Program-made: the position numbers and the translations under genes
The notes under the pieces: model-generated
Told to the model about the DNA's origin: nothing
The model's input: the letters and a program-made list of their open reading frames with translations, nothing else
Database searches by the model: none
Part shown: piece by piece, positions 50,736 to 64,000 of the stretch
Numbering within the stretch: the stretch's first letter is position 1
Layout of the letters: the number at the start of each line of letters is the position of its first letter
Origin: Macrostomum lignano
Lineage: Eukaryota
Direction: 5' to 3'
Length of the DNA: 64,000 nt
Assembly: GCA_002269645.1 (NCBI GenBank)
Contig: NIVC01001383.1
Location: 164,740-228,739 of the forward strand

Positions 50736-51309
50736 ACAAGCAGATGGGAGATCCTGCATGAGCTGTAATTGGATGAGCATAGGCCAGCGGATAAGGCACT
50801 GGTATGTGAGCCTGCTGCACAGTGGTCACCGCACCGCTGGGCGGACCAGCCGGCTGAGCAGCGGTCGGAGGCGACTGCAAGATACCTGACGGACCATAAA
50901 AACCCGTAGCTGCGTCAGGCTGCGGCGCCAGAATGACGTGAGTCAGGATGCCATTCTCGTCGACAATCTGCTGCACCAGATGACCCGGCGGCACCTGCAT
51001 GGGCATCGGCAGAGGCGGCCCACTGTTGGACACCATTCTGACTGTGGCCGGGCCGCACACGTTTTGAATTTGATTGCCAGCCCGGACTGAGAAAGTCTCG
51101 CCAACGCCAACGTGCACCATGACAATGTGCTCGCCCGGGCCGCCGGGGGCAGTCTCCGAGGTGCCACCGGGTACAGGAAGGATCAGTGGATTCTGCTGAT
51201 GAGCCTGATAATGGCGGTGGTGGTTCGACGAATGCTCGGACGATGGAGACGACTGCTGTTGTTCATTTGAAGCAGATGAAGGAGGCGTGGCGCCACAACT
51301 ACTCAGCAT
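50736..51309 (-). CDS. FNDC3: FNDC3-like (FNDC3A/B, miles-to-go family) gene, putative first coding exon
   Basis: Translation MLSSCGATPP...IVMVHVGVGETFSVRAGNQIQNVCGPATVRMVSNSGPPLPMPMQVPPGHLVQQIVDENGILTHVIL resembles the proline-rich FNDC3 N-terminus. Perfect GTAAGT donor (plus-strand acttac 50730-50735), phase 1. Start at ATG 51309 is inferred. Confidence 0.8.
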
Positions 51310-52899
51310 GCTGGCTCTGTATTGACTATTCAAATGGCTGAATATGTAAGTGCAACTGGCCCTTGCAATTGCTGCTTTTAAAAGGCTTGTGTCGTCTCCA
51401 GTAAGAGTAAATTTAGCGAAAATATCTAGACAAATGAAACAAAGTGCACTACTTCTGTAAGTAGGCAATGAAGCATTTTTTGTCAAAAAATCTCATGTAG
51501 TCTTGCATGTTTATATGCTATAATATTGCTAGTTGTTTATCAAAACTATGGGAAAATGCACAGTTGGTATTTGACATAAACACAATGCCTTACATATGTA
51601 TATCATTTTATGCATATTAATATATACTGGAGTAATTAAATAACGGTCTAGACAATCTAGTCTGATTATACTAGTCTAGGGTTCATGGTGGTTAAATATG
51701 ACAATAATGGTTATATATGAAAATACCTAATAGCTAGAACTCTACTATGGACTTGCAATCATATTAGTAATGCCAATTTGGTTAGATGTTAAGGGGCTTT
51801 ATACATCATGGCACACTTTAAGCAATATAAATTCTATAAACAGTTTATGCCTGCCCATTTTGCCAACTCTCCTGAGCAAGCATATACACACATAAGAGTG
51901 AATATATAGCAGTTTTAATTTCATTTATTTATAGGCATTTTAGCCCTTATATACTTTTCTTAGGCAATTAGCCCTTAAAGGATTTATTGCACCAAGCAAT
52001 AGGTTCCAATTCAGCACTAAATAAATTATTAAACTTGGAATCACACCTTGGGCCATTGGTCAATAAGAGTAAGAGTACTATACTAAACCACTAGGCTATG
52101 AATCTCCCTAGAAATAACCATAGTCTAGATCATGATTAACCATTAGCCTCCTGCGTCTATTTTTGCTTACCCCCATAGCCTCCTGTAGAAGCTCTGCTGC
52201 CATAGATTTAAATAGATTTAAAACTTCTACTAGAAAATTATTTCACCCCCACTCCCTCCCATAACTTGCTGTCAAAAAATAAATATTGAAACATTACTAG
52301 ACATCAGTAGGAAGTAGTATGATGGGGTGAAAATATCGGTAGAAGTTGCTTGCATTATAATTCTAACTACACCCGCTGTCTTATGGCCAGCAGGTCGAGT
52401 CAGAGCCTACTAAAAATAGCTAGCTACTAGCCATGCTTCTAGAAGCAGCCCAGGACTGGTATGAGAACTTTACATAGACAAACCAAAGTCACTTTTTGCC
52501 ATAAACAGATATTGCTTCATATATCCATCTTATTTATTATGCATAGTGTAAAGAGATGAGACAAGTATTGCAAGCATAGACATTTCTACGAGCGTATATA
52601 AGTGATTGCCATAGACAATAAGATTTGGTTTTTTGAAGGGATGAATGCAATACAGTATTGCATATATGTTCTTCTCTTATGAAATGAGTATAAACCAATA
52701 AAAAATATTTTTTATATTCCCCACAAATATAATTTTCAAACAATATTCTACAATGCAAACTGGCAATCCAACCCTTCAAAATTTGGGCTTGGATAGCGAC
52801 TCAAATAACAAATCATACGTGACTGCATCTGGTACCAGTGGAGGCTCCTCTGATGAGCAGAGTGACCTTGAGGAGGTCCAGATTGTGAATCTGCCAGAC

Positions 52900-53601
52900 A
52901 GCATTGCATGATACCACTCCGGAAATGGATCATCGGCCCAAACCACTTCCCGAGTTTCTCGGCTTGCCTGGTTTTATCCAGATTTTCTTGTGCTGGACAA
53001 TATTGAAAAAGGTGTGGCTGCCATCCTTGGTCAGTTTCTTCCTGACAGTCTGCTGCAAAGTTTGTGAGACTGGACAAGCGCCAGAACAGACAGAACTGTC
53101 ACACAAATTCAACAAGAAAAGGGAAAGCTGCCATGGAAGCTCCTAAATTGGAAGCCATGCAACCTGAATGAAATGAAGAAGCTTATCGGAATTCTGCTGC
53201 ACATGGGAATAGTACAGAATCCAGATATTAGCATGTATTTGTCAACCCATCTAATGTACCATCAGGACTTCTTCCACCATGAGTCATGTCTGTCGCATAA
53301 TAGGTTTCAGCTCATCATGACCTGGTTTCGCTGCTACGATTGCATGGAGGTGAACGAAGCTGATCCGCTGTGCAAGATCAGACCTTTTTTGAACAAAGTC
53401 CAGTCTATCTGTCAAAATAAATACATGCCACATCAACATATTTCTGTTGACGAGTCATTGCTACTTTACAAAGGTAGGCTCCACTTTCTTCAGTACATGC
53501 CCAACAAAAAGGCAAAGCTCAGCATCAAGCTGTATTGTCTAGCCATTCAGAACATGGCACGAGGCCCAAAACTAAAAGCAAATGCTGATGGATTATGCTA
53601 G
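52900..53601 (+). pseudogene. Degenerate piggyBac (PGBD4-like, DDE_Tnp_1_7) transposase fragment
   Basis: WKPCNLNEMKKLIGILLHMGIV..., LSHNRFQLI, DPLCKIRPFL, ISVDESLLLYKGRLHFLQYMPNKKAK.SIKLYCL are typical piggyBac motifs including the first catalytic D. Frameshifted upstream, truncated downstream, no TIRs found. Confidence 0.85.
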
Positions 53602-54730
53602 AACAAGCTGCTTGACACTGTGTTATTCATATGATTAGCTTACTTTGTCGCCTACGAGAATTTTTATATTGCTTTCTATACTGTTGTCACTCTATTTGTA
53701 ATGATGCTGTTTTCTTTACTGTCATGCTGTTTTCTCTCTACTTGTAATGATGCTGTTTTCTATACTGTCATGCTGTTTTATCTCTACTTCTGAAAATGCT
53801 GCTTTTTATACAGTTATGTTGTTTTCTGTGCTGGCTTTCTAATAGTATATATATACTACTTGTCTTATTATATCTAAGATTGTTAAATTAAATAAAAGTC
53901 ATATGATTCTAAAACCAACTCTTTGTTATGTTTAATTTCCAATTAACAAAACATTTTTTGCAGCAGCTCTACTGTTGACTGCGGGAGACTAAAGGGGTGC
54001 TGGGGTAGGAAGTCTGTTTGCCATAGACACAGAAATTCTGTAATCACAGGAAGGAGTTGGGGTGAGCTAGTGGCAGCAGAGCTGCCACTGGAAAATGAAT
54101 GGTTAAGCTAATATATACCAAAGTAAAAAATAAGATTCATTTTAAGCAATTGCATAACAAAGTTTTGATTCTTGATTAGCTTAATTATACATATCTAAGA
54201 ATCCAATGATAACCCATTAGACATTTTAGTGGCTGGCATTTATTGCAGCCCTATAGTCAAGATCATACCATGCTTGCGCTAGAACAAATTCTATTAAAAA
54301 AAGTTTGATTGCAGCATGCAGCAGAACTATTCCTATTAAAAAAAGTTTGCTTATGCTATATACTGCAACTTTTTGAAAAAATGCAAAAATCAATCATTTC
54401 TGTTTGAACAATACTAATAAAACTTATATTTGAATCCCCGATATTAACTTAAATTAATTAAAAAAGCTATCAATACATTAGCAAACAAAAAGTGCTAATA
54501 AAAAGAAATTATATGCTAACTTTTTGTTGTGCCAGACTGCTGCTGTGCCAGAATGTGCTAGCATAGCACATGTCCAACCCCTTTTGCACTGGAATTTTCT
54601 ATGAAAAAGACCATTTTCCTGACTATTATAGTATTATAGCCTAGTGGTATAGTATAGAATGGCATTGTATAATAAAGATGCAACAAGGCAGAGAGGTCTA
54701 GTATTAGAAAGAAGCATGGCAAAGTAGGAA

Positions 54731-55132
54731 GGCAGTTGTTATTTGTCCAGTGACCGGACAAATAGCCTTTTTGCTATTTGTCTGGTTAAATTGCTAACAC
54801 AAATATCTTATTTGTTTTGTGATGAATATTCTAGATTTTAAGACTTATTCTCGTATACTGATTAATATTTTCTTGTATAGCGTTAAGCAAAGCAGTATAT
54901 TATTCAATTCGGCATAATTTGGTGTATAAGACACACACTAGTATAACAATATAATAATCAAGATACAAGTAAGAAGTCTTTGAATATATTTACCCTTGTG
55001 GTTTTTATGAACTAGATATTTTAGAATTATCAATTTAACCAGACAAATAACAAAATGTCTATTTGTCTGGTATTAACCGGATGAATAGGAAAGCATGGTC
55101 AGGATCCAGTAACCGGATAAATAACAACTGCC
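54731..55132. mobile_element. Mutator (MULE)-like MITE
   Basis: Imperfect long TIRs (GGCAGTTGTTATTTGTCC.../...GGATAAATAACAACTGCC, with an inner TATTTGTCTGGTTAAATTG / CAATTTAACCAGACAAATA pair). Perfect 9-bp TSD AAGTAGGAA at 54722-54730 and 55133-55141. Confidence 0.85.
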
Positions 55133-56815
55133 AAGTAGGAAAAGATACAACAAAATATAAAGGCTCTTATCTCTTTTAAGTGCCATTGGCACCAGTTTAT
55201 CACACTTAAGTCGTAAATGTAAGCTATGTATTACAAATAGGTCCAATGAAATTATTTAATAGTTAAAAAATTTTAGAAATATTTTATGCCGAAGCATATT
55301 TATTTTAAATAGTTTTAAATAGATTTCAGTAGTAAAAATATTAAAAATTCTTTTTTAATATTTATATAGAAATAGCAGCTAGACAGTATAATAGGCCTAC
55401 TCTTGACACAATGACAGAGTCAGAGCAAGGTATAACAGCAAAAAATTAAGTTGCTCATAAGCGCAGCAGAGCTAGAGCAGGGACAGGGTAAGCAATTGCT
55501 TATCCAATAATTTTGTTGGGAGGCATTGCCTTCCCAATATTTTAAAGACAATTATGACATCAATAACTATCTCATAGCAGAACAGAATGTAACTATCACT
55601 ATGTACGAGTACCAGAAAGCGAAAGGGTTCTCCATCCAAAAATATCCTTGCCCATGTGTTGCTACCCTATTATTTTTTTCTTCCACCGCGCCTGATAGCT
55701 CGTACTACTAATCGACGTTATATCAACGCCTCACATTGTGTTGCGTCAACAAAATCAAATTGAATTATGTCATAAAGACTAAGAGAAGCCGAGAGGCCGA
55801 GAGGGTACTTTTACCATAATTTATTGCGCTAAACGCTACTTACGAAGCTAGAAAATACACAGAGAAATCAGTCAAATGCTGCCAATATCCTATATCATAC
55901 AAACATAAAAATTTCAATTTTTTGACTGTTAAGTGCAGTGGGTCTAGTGCTAGGCATAAGTGATATTGTCGTGTCATACTGATTTATTGCTGACTTGCAA
56001 GAAATTTAGTTATTGCTTCTTTGAAAGACAGTTTAAATGTATAGCTCGCGTTGGCACGTCGAAACAAAGTTTTAATCCACTAAAATATTCAAGTCTATAT
56101 TTTGAGTAAGAGAATATTTAGAAAAATGAAAAATATCTTTCCTTAATTTTTTTATGTTTAATCCGTTTTTAACTATCGGTTGTAGAAAGAGTCTGAGAGT
56201 TTCAATTTGCTCCATTTTCCAAGATACGAGTAAAAATTCCATTGCGCTTAGCGCCTATACTGCTTTTGATATTGATTGTATTTTGTTAAACAACGTCCTA
56301 ATGCATTGATTAATAGAGAAAATGTAAAGTAAAAGTATTTTGAAATAAAAATGTTTGAAACACTTCAATTGCAGGTCTGAACTCAATCCTGCAAAAAGAC
56401 AATTCTGTGGAAAATTCTACACTGTTAAAGTTTACGCCATAAGCACTAATATAAATTTAGAATGTGTCTGTAACCTGTGCTGTACTTATATAATAATCTA
56501 AACGACCTTTAAAACAAGTTATGAAGTCATAGTGCCATTCTTCATTAGGTTTGTCGTCAGTCTGGTTTTATATGCAAAATATTTCTTTAATTTGTACTTC
56601 TTAAATCATTTAAGTTCTTTCAACTGAAAAAAAACATTAGATGAATTGGAGGTTTTATGTTTTTGATGAAATACTTTAGCCTAATATTTTATAGACTCCT
56701 CTGCATCCATGTCTAATTTTGAGGAAATTCATTTTAAGTACGCTAGCTCGAAGTTGAACCTTTAAATGACGAGATTGCAAAAAAGTTTGGTATTAAATTG
56801 CTTTCATAACTATAA

Positions 56816-57058
<243 letters not shown>

Positions 57059-57142
57059 TAGGCCTAGAGAGTGAATCATTTTTTTTTACTTTCAAGTGAC
57101 TTTCACTCATTTCAATTAAAATCAACTCTTCTAACCAAACAG

Positions 57143-58050
57143 TGGGATGACGCACTCGAGTTAGTAGAGCCGCTGTCCGATGCTCCAAGTGTGGACATTC
57201 GCACAGTCCGATGGGTCATCCTTCGACACAAATACTTGGAGCTAGTCTGCCTTTGCACTGCTGATGGCGGCGGCGGCGGCGGCGGGAGCGGCCTAGTAGC
57301 CGATGAGGTTCTGGCATGTCTCCAACAACTGGAAGCCGTCAGTCCGTCAAAGGAGGCTCATCGAGAGCTCTGCCTACTGCTCACTGGCGGCGGTTCACCA
57401 GACGCGGTTGAAACCCTAGTCGGCGGCGAAGTGTCCGGCGGTTGGAATCCGAGCGCTGGCAGAGTCGCCTGCTTTCGCCAGCTGCTTCCGCTACTCGAGC
57501 CCGTGCTCAAGCTCGACGGCTTCACCAACCATGGCGGCAGCGGCAACGGTGGCGCCAACATAGCAAGCGGAGATCGCCTGGTGCAGCTGCTGGCCAAAGC
57601 CTGCTGTACGAGACTTGCGTCGAGGTCTGCCAGGCCAGGGCAACCGGGGCTGATGCGGCCGCTGCTGCTGGTCCATCCCTCCTGACGGAGTCGTCAAGCT
57701 CGGCTCTGCAATCGGACGAGGCCGAATCGGCCGGTACGGCCTCCCTGCTGGCCTGGCTGGAGTCAGTGCCGGCCAGCGCCTTCGCCTGCCCGTTCGAGCA
57801 GCGCAGCCTCCGGCTGGACTTGCGCAGCCTGGCCCGGCCGAGCCTGGAGGCCAGCTGGGCCGACCAACTGCTGGTGGCGCCGCCGCGGCCCAGGGTTTTC
57901 CCGCACAGTCACGTGCCACACGGCCTCAGCCGGAGTGTCTGCGCTCTGCGAGCCAGCCTGGGAGCGCCGGCGCGACCGTCAGCGGCGGCGGCGGCGGCGG
58001 CGGCAACGACTGATGACACCGACGCCCCGACAAGAGAGCTTCGGCCTGCG
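57143..58050 (+). CDS. WDR47: WDR47-like exon 2 (CTLH region), one apparent 1-nt deletion at about 57599
   Basis: CAG acceptor, then WDDALELVEPL...RWVILRHKYLELVC. RLVQLLAK continues in another frame as LLYETCVEVCQARATG (WDR47 KGLLYECCVEFCQ). GTGAG donor at 58051. Confidence 0.8.
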
Positions 58051-58899
58051 GTGAGAGCTTTGTGACCATTTGCATGTAGCTTGTACTTTCAGTTTTAACT
58101 AAATCAATTATTGAGACTTACATAAAATTTCTCAATAAAGATCTTACGCACAAGATAAAGTATGTTATAAAGAAGTGTCATTCCTGAAAACAGGGTGCGT
58201 TCAAAAGCACAAAACTCGACTGCGCATTCCTGAAAATCATGCTCCCCAAGTTTCGCACCCAAATCTTCTGAATTCGGCATTGAAGAATATGAAAAGCCTA
58301 CGACAGCTAGAGCCAACCAGGAGATCATAAATAATGGCACCAATCTATGCTTTAATTTCAAAATGACAAAGCGAGATTCATACCGGTATTTTTGAAATTC
58401 AACTACGGGCTAGTCTGAGCCTACATGAGCTATTGTTGAAACCTTGAAAATTCGGCACCGGATCTCGCAACCCCAGCCGTGAATTGTGACGCCTTAACAT
58501 GCACCATCTCTCTGAGCCAAAGAGAGCGCAATACAGATGTAATTTTAAGGTCACGAGGTAAGTCTGCTCCCAAAAATCTGAGGCTTGGAAATAGTTCTCC
58601 CAAATACCCGATACGCTCGTAGAAATCGCCATCAGACAACGCACGAATCGGTACTACCGGTCCAATTTAACCAACCTTCGAACGTATCTTTGTGATAGTT
58701 TATTGCAAAGTACAACATTCATTCATTCAAGGATCACAACTGACAGTTAACGAGTTGATCCACTGGCCTCAGTTACTTGATTGATTCTGACAAGTAGAGT
58801 TTGTAGTTAAAAGACAGTAGGAACCAAACGCGCTTGACCACAAGCATGTTAAAACACCGTTTCAACCGCAACCCGTGACAGACCCTTTCGCCTTGGCAG

Positions 58900-59321
58900 T
58901 CGCTGGCCAGCATCAGGCTGAGCAGCCTCGGCCAGCGACCGAAATCGGCCGGCGCAGCGCCGTCGTCATCTTCGGCGCTTCGCCGTTCGGTAGATCGAAT
59001 GCTCTCCAACGGCGCGGCGGAAGCCGACGCCGAGGCTGTCGCCGAGCAGCACCGCCGGCCAATATCGGCGTCGGGAGCGCGCAGGCGCCAAGCGCCCAGC
59101 ATCATCGCTGAAGAGCCCGAAGAGATGCTCGACAGTCAGGAAGACCGCATCGAAGAAGCGGACGCAGCTGTAGAAGATGAAGCTGTAGAACAGAACAGGC
59201 CGGAGTCGGACGACAACGTAGAGACGGCAAACGGCGACGGTGGCGAAGATGCAGCGCAGCTGAGCGACTCGGCTGAGCAGGAGCAGCTGCGAGCCAGCGG
59301 GGCGGAGGAGGCAACTAGCAG
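58900..59321 (+). CDS. WDR47: WDR47-like exon 3 (low-complexity linker)
   Basis: CAG acceptor at 58897-58899 in phase with the previous exon. QRPKSAG resembles RRPQSAD. GTGAGT donor at 59322, phase 2. Confidence 0.7.
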
Positions 59322-59629
59322 GTGAGTGATAGGTGACTTAGACATTTGGTATCGATAGGGTTTCACTAGTCAATACTAGAGATCAAAATGGACAGAGAAG
59401 CACGAAAATTGCCCCCCTGAGAATTTCTTAGCCACAGAATGTCTCGCCTAGAATATCTTACGAAGTATAACGAGTGTTAGTCGGCAATCTTAGCCATGCA
59501 CTCACTGACAAGAAGTTCGATTCAACCAGACTCCAGCAGCAGTCTTAAAGACCTCTATATTTTTCAGCTCTTTTGCTCGCGCCACCTCTGTAGTTGGCGC
59601 CCCCTCTGTAGCTGGCGCCCACTTCGTTT

Positions 59630-59912
59630 GTGTAACTGGCGCCCGCTTCTTTATGTAACTGGCGCCCGCTTCTTTATGTAACTGACGCCCGCTTCTTTAT
59701 GTAACTGACGCCCGCTTCTTTATGTAACTGACGCCCGCTTCTTTATGTAACTGACGCCCGCTTCTTTATGTAACTGACGCCCGCTTCTTTATGTAACTGA
59801 CGCCCGCTTCTTTATGTAACTGACGCCCGCTTCTTTATGTAACTGACGCCCGCTTCTTTATGTAACTGACGCCCGCTTCTTTATGTAACTGACGCCCGCT
59901 TCTTTATGTAAC
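59630..59912. repeat. 23-bp minisatellite ATGTAACTGACGCCCGCTTCTTT, about 12 copies
   Basis: Period 23 (59699 to 59722), in a WDR47 intron. Confidence 0.95.
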
Positions 59913-59938
59913 AAGAAATCATTTTTCAAATTTCGCAG

Positions 59939-60889
59939 GCCTGGCACTGCGCAGTCGGGCGCTGGGCTGCGCCAAAGTGGCGCCGATTTGTTTCGCGAAT
60001 ATCAGCGCCGGCGCCAGGCCCTGGTTGCCGATCTGGAGCGCCGGGAACGCGAGCGGCAGCGAATGCAAGCCGACTTAGCTGAGCTGGCAGAGCGAGTCCG
60101 TGAGCATCAGCGACAGCAGGAGGGGGATGAGGAAGCGGAGGAGTCGGTTGAGCCGGCGGATCCGCCAGCAGCAGCGGCAGTTCAAGCGCCGCGTCAGAGC
60201 GTCGGCACGCCAAAGCCATCGGTGCTGCGCTCGTCCGGCGCCTCCGCCCGGTCTGCCGCAGCGTCTGGCAACTGCAACAGCCAGGCCCGGAACGTGCAGC
60301 AAAAGTCGTCGTCGCAAACAGCTCGAAACAGCCCGGCAGCTTCTCAGCAGAGCAGCGCCAGTCGCCGGCCGGGCTCGGCCACAGCGTCGACGAGTAAATC
60401 GGCCGTCAGAGCTTCCGGCGCCGTTCAGTCAGCTCGGCAGACGGCAGCATCGAAAAGTCACAGGTTGTCCGCTAGCATTGCCAACACCGCTTCTATCGCT
60501 ATTCCAGCCTCGGAGGCGGCTTCGGCAAGAGCGACATCAGCCAGGGGCTTGGCTCATCTCGTTGTCACCTCGACTACCGATGCTCCAACTCAGCCTGCGT
60601 CTGCAACTCCCAGGACCTCGGCAAACCTCAGTTCCGTCCCAGCTACAAACAGCGCCTCTCCAGCTGTCGTTTCGAATACAACATCCGCTGGCTTTGGCGC
60701 CGCACCGAAGCAAGGTCCGGCGGTTGCCGCCGACCGATTTGTTGCCATAGCAACAGTGCATGACGCGATGGCTGTGCGGGCCGTAGCTTTCGATCCGAGC
60801 GGTCGATTTCTGGCAATCGGCTCCAATAGTAAAACCCTGCGCGTCTGCCGGTCGCCGAGTCATCGCCGGCCGCTGCTGTTGCAGGACAA
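59939..60889 (+). CDS. WDR47: WDR47-like exon 4 (coiled coil, linker and first WD40)
   Basis: CAG acceptor in matching phase. LFREYQRRRQ coiled coil, then FVAIATVHDAMAVRAVAFDPSGRFLAIGSNSKTLRVC. GTGAG donor at 60890. Confidence 0.88.
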
Positions 60890-61636
60890 GTGAGGGCATT
60901 CGGAGCAATTGCTTATTCCTAGGGGTGTGCAGCCTCAGGAGCTTACACTCACGGACATTGAAAAGTATCCACCCTGGTTTAGTGAGCCACTTCTCTCCGA
61001 TCGCAACTGCAAGTTACGCAACTGGCAGGCTCACTAGAGAAATGAAAAAACAGCTCAGTAGATCAGGGTGGATAATTTTCAATGTCCGTGAGTGTATGTG
61101 GTTAAGAGCGAACAACAAGCATTGAACTTGGTGTACGTACAAAAGTGAAGTGAAGCGCGCAAGACGGAAAAATACAGCGTATGACGGGGGCAGGCTTAAA
61201 CCGGCTCAGCCAATGAGGGAGCAGTAAGGAGAGAGGTCAAAGTCAGACGGACGAATCTTAGCCTAAGGGGCAGGCCCAATCTGGCTCAGCCAATGAGAGA
61301 GCATTAAGGAAAGAGGTTGAAGTTAGACACAAGCAAAGTTGGACAAGTTGGCAAGAGAAAAGCATTACAAAGCAACCAAGTAAAAAAGCAAGAGCGATTG
61401 CTGCAGCTTGAAAACTAGAAAATATTTTATAAAATTTATTAGATTCATATTTAAAAAATATATTAAAAGCAAAAACGCTAGTTTTACTACTGGAAGTGGA
61501 GTAGATGAACGCATTTTTCTATTGATATATCTAGTGCAACTTTCTAATTCAAATGCAATTGAACCGAGACAATAATATTAAGGCCGACATCTCAATTTGA
61601 GTTCTTTTAAAGCTCTAATTGTCAGCCTCTGCATAA

Positions 61637-62360
<724 letters not shown>

Positions 62361-62367
62361 GTGAGCT

Positions 62368-62595
62368 GCTTTTATCACCCTGCAAATGTACATGTAGCTG
62401 CCTTTATCACCCTGCAAATGTAATGTAGCTGCTTTTATCACCCTGCAAATGTACATGTAGCTGCTTTTATCACCCTGCAAATGTACATGTAGCTGCTTTT
62501 ATTACCTGCAAATGTACATGTAGCTGCTTTTATCACCCTGCAAATGTACATGTAGCTGCTTTTATCGTACCCTGCAAATGTACATGTAGCTGCTT
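62368..62595. repeat. 31-32-bp minisatellite TTTATCACCCTGCAAATGTACATGTAGCTGC, about 7 copies
   Basis: Read directly; begins a few bases after the splice donor at 62361. Confidence 0.93.
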
Positions 62596-63187
62596 TTCAG
62601 GATCGGGAAGGGATAAGGGACGTAAGGGGAGGCAAGGCTGGGTATTATTGTGTCATACGAGATATCAACTCTAATTTTGGCACCCTAAGTTTAGACCCCA
62701 GATGCCAAGTTGACACCAGCTGTTCTTTCAATCTAAGGGAAGCTGGATTTGAGCGCGCATTTTTAATTCATTCAATGCGACAACGCGATAAAAGTAACTT
62801 GTCAAGTTTGGTCAAGCACTTATCACCACCGGACTTATTCAAGTTTTAATTTGATTACGTTTGATTACGTTTAATTTGAGTTCCATATTTTCTGTAACTC
62901 ATATTTCATTGTAGCATCAATCCTAATGTACATAATTATTGGGATTCTTGAGATTTCAAGACTCTACGTACCAATAATTGTCTCAAGTTAAGCCTGAGTA
63001 ATCTGTAAACATGGAATCTGCAGACCTACAACTGTCCTACAAGTTGTCCGTGTCCTACAAGTCTGTCCTACAACTTCTGTGGGACAGACAGGCTTAGCAA
63101 TGCAAATTGTAGGGTACTACAATTAGAGATATTGGTATTGTATTGGTATTGGTATCGAAGCTGAAACATAGTTGGGGGTTGTTGTTG

Positions 63188-63430
63188 TAGCCAGTGTTAG
63201 TGGTTAGAGCGTCGGACTCCGACTAGTAGGCCGGGGGTTCAATTTCCGATCCACTGGAGCAATTTGTATCTTCGAGCAAGACACACTTAGCTGTGCATTG
63301 CTTCAGTTCACCCAGCTGTAAAATGGGTGCCAACATTAGCTGGGGTAATTGAGGGTGTGTGTGGCGACCCCCCCCCCAGTCCTTGGACTGAACAGCCGTA
63401 CGCAGCCTCCAGATGCGTCGCGCAACAGCT
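63188..63430 (+). mobile_element. tRNA-derived SINE with CORE/MIR-like central domain
   Basis: A-box-like GTGTTAGTGGTTAGAGCG and B-box-like GGTTCAATTTCC, then CTTCGAGCAAGACACACTTAGC...CTTCAGTTCACCCAGCTGTAAAATGGG, which resembles the CORE consensus (CCTTGGGCAAGTCACTTAAC...CTCAGTTTCCTCATCTGTAAAATGGG). The 3' end is uncertain. Confidence 0.7.
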
Positions 63431-63891
63431 GCGGCTGAGCTGTCGGTTGCACATTTGGTCCGATTGGGGCAGGTGTTATCAATTATTACTATATACTACG
63501 CTACGCTCGTATATTAATATTTATTTGAGTTTGCGCTGGCCTCCTGGTGTTCAATTTGGCATCCTAATCGAATTCGCACCCAGATGCCAAATTGGGACTT
63601 GCAATGCTGAATCGAGGGACAGGGGCGTCTCCCTCCCCTTAAACAGTCCTGTACAGCAATCGGACGTTCTCATATCGTCGATGCTCAGCCGAGAACAAGC
63701 ATACAAGTACTTTACATGTATAGTACTCAAAGTAGCACGGAGGCCCATTTTTCCGCGACTAGATTAGTACACTGTGATAAACTCAGGGTCCTCATCAAGT
63801 CCTTTGAAGCTGCATATAGCTGCACACAGCTGATATCCAAAGTTATCCAAAGCTAGTGCTTACCCGCCTGACTATATTTTTCTTCCAACAG

Positions 63892-64000
63892 GCGACCTGA
63901 TGCAGCCTCTGCCGCACGTGAGCAGTGGCGAGCACTCGGACAAGGGTGATCCAGTGCCGCTGGCACCCGGACTGCACAGCATTTGCCAGCTCCAGTGCGG
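63892..64000 (+). CDS. WDR47: WDR47-like exon 6 (last WD40; partial, with indel)
   Basis: CAG acceptor, then GDLMQPLPHV..EHSDK and, after one extra G, VIQCRWHPDCTAFASSSA (WDR47 GDL...EHKDKVIQCRWH). Confidence 0.8.

Noticed and set aside
58190-58690. Possible TIR element (GGGTGCGTTCAAAAG ... CTTCGAACGTATC) in a WDR47 intron
   Set aside because: The inverted match is short and mismatched, and no TSD was identified.
63327-63767. 146-aa ORF in the last WDR47 intron
   Set aside because: Overlaps the SINE tail and intronic repeats; no recognisable motifs or exon-like composition.

Overview
This is eukaryotic (metazoan) genomic DNA. GC-rich spliced exons, AT-rich introns and TTAGGG-type repeats suggest an invertebrate, possibly a flatworm such as Macrostomum (inference only). 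Two host genes sit head-to-head. On the minus strand is an FNDC3-like fibronectin type III gene (exons 51309-50736, 4482-4070, 2439-1537, 1040-360, apparently continuing off the left edge). On the plus strand is a WDR47-like LisH/CTLH-WD40 gene (56849 to the right edge) whose reading frame is broken by about 7 single-base indels. The roughly 46 kb FNDC3 intron is almost filled (4533-47243) by a same-orientation, head-to-tail chain of 14 Helitron units. Most units start with TC..TA(T/A)TACTAAA plus a TGTC/TGTT microsatellite, carry internal (TAACCC)n, and end in a CTCCTCC-NNN-GGAGGAG hairpin followed by a non-canonical CTCG; one unrelated unit ends in canonical CTAG. One unit (21269-35642) encodes an apparently intact 10-exon Rep/PIF1-helicase of about 1688 aa, with an N-terminal 23-aa STPR-like repeat array and a GC-AG intron, plus an orphan 143-aa coiled-coil ORF behind a duplicated upstream block. 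The window also holds a degenerate piggyBac transposase fragment, a Mutator-type MITE with a 9-bp TSD, a tRNA/CORE-type SINE and several mini- and microsatellites.
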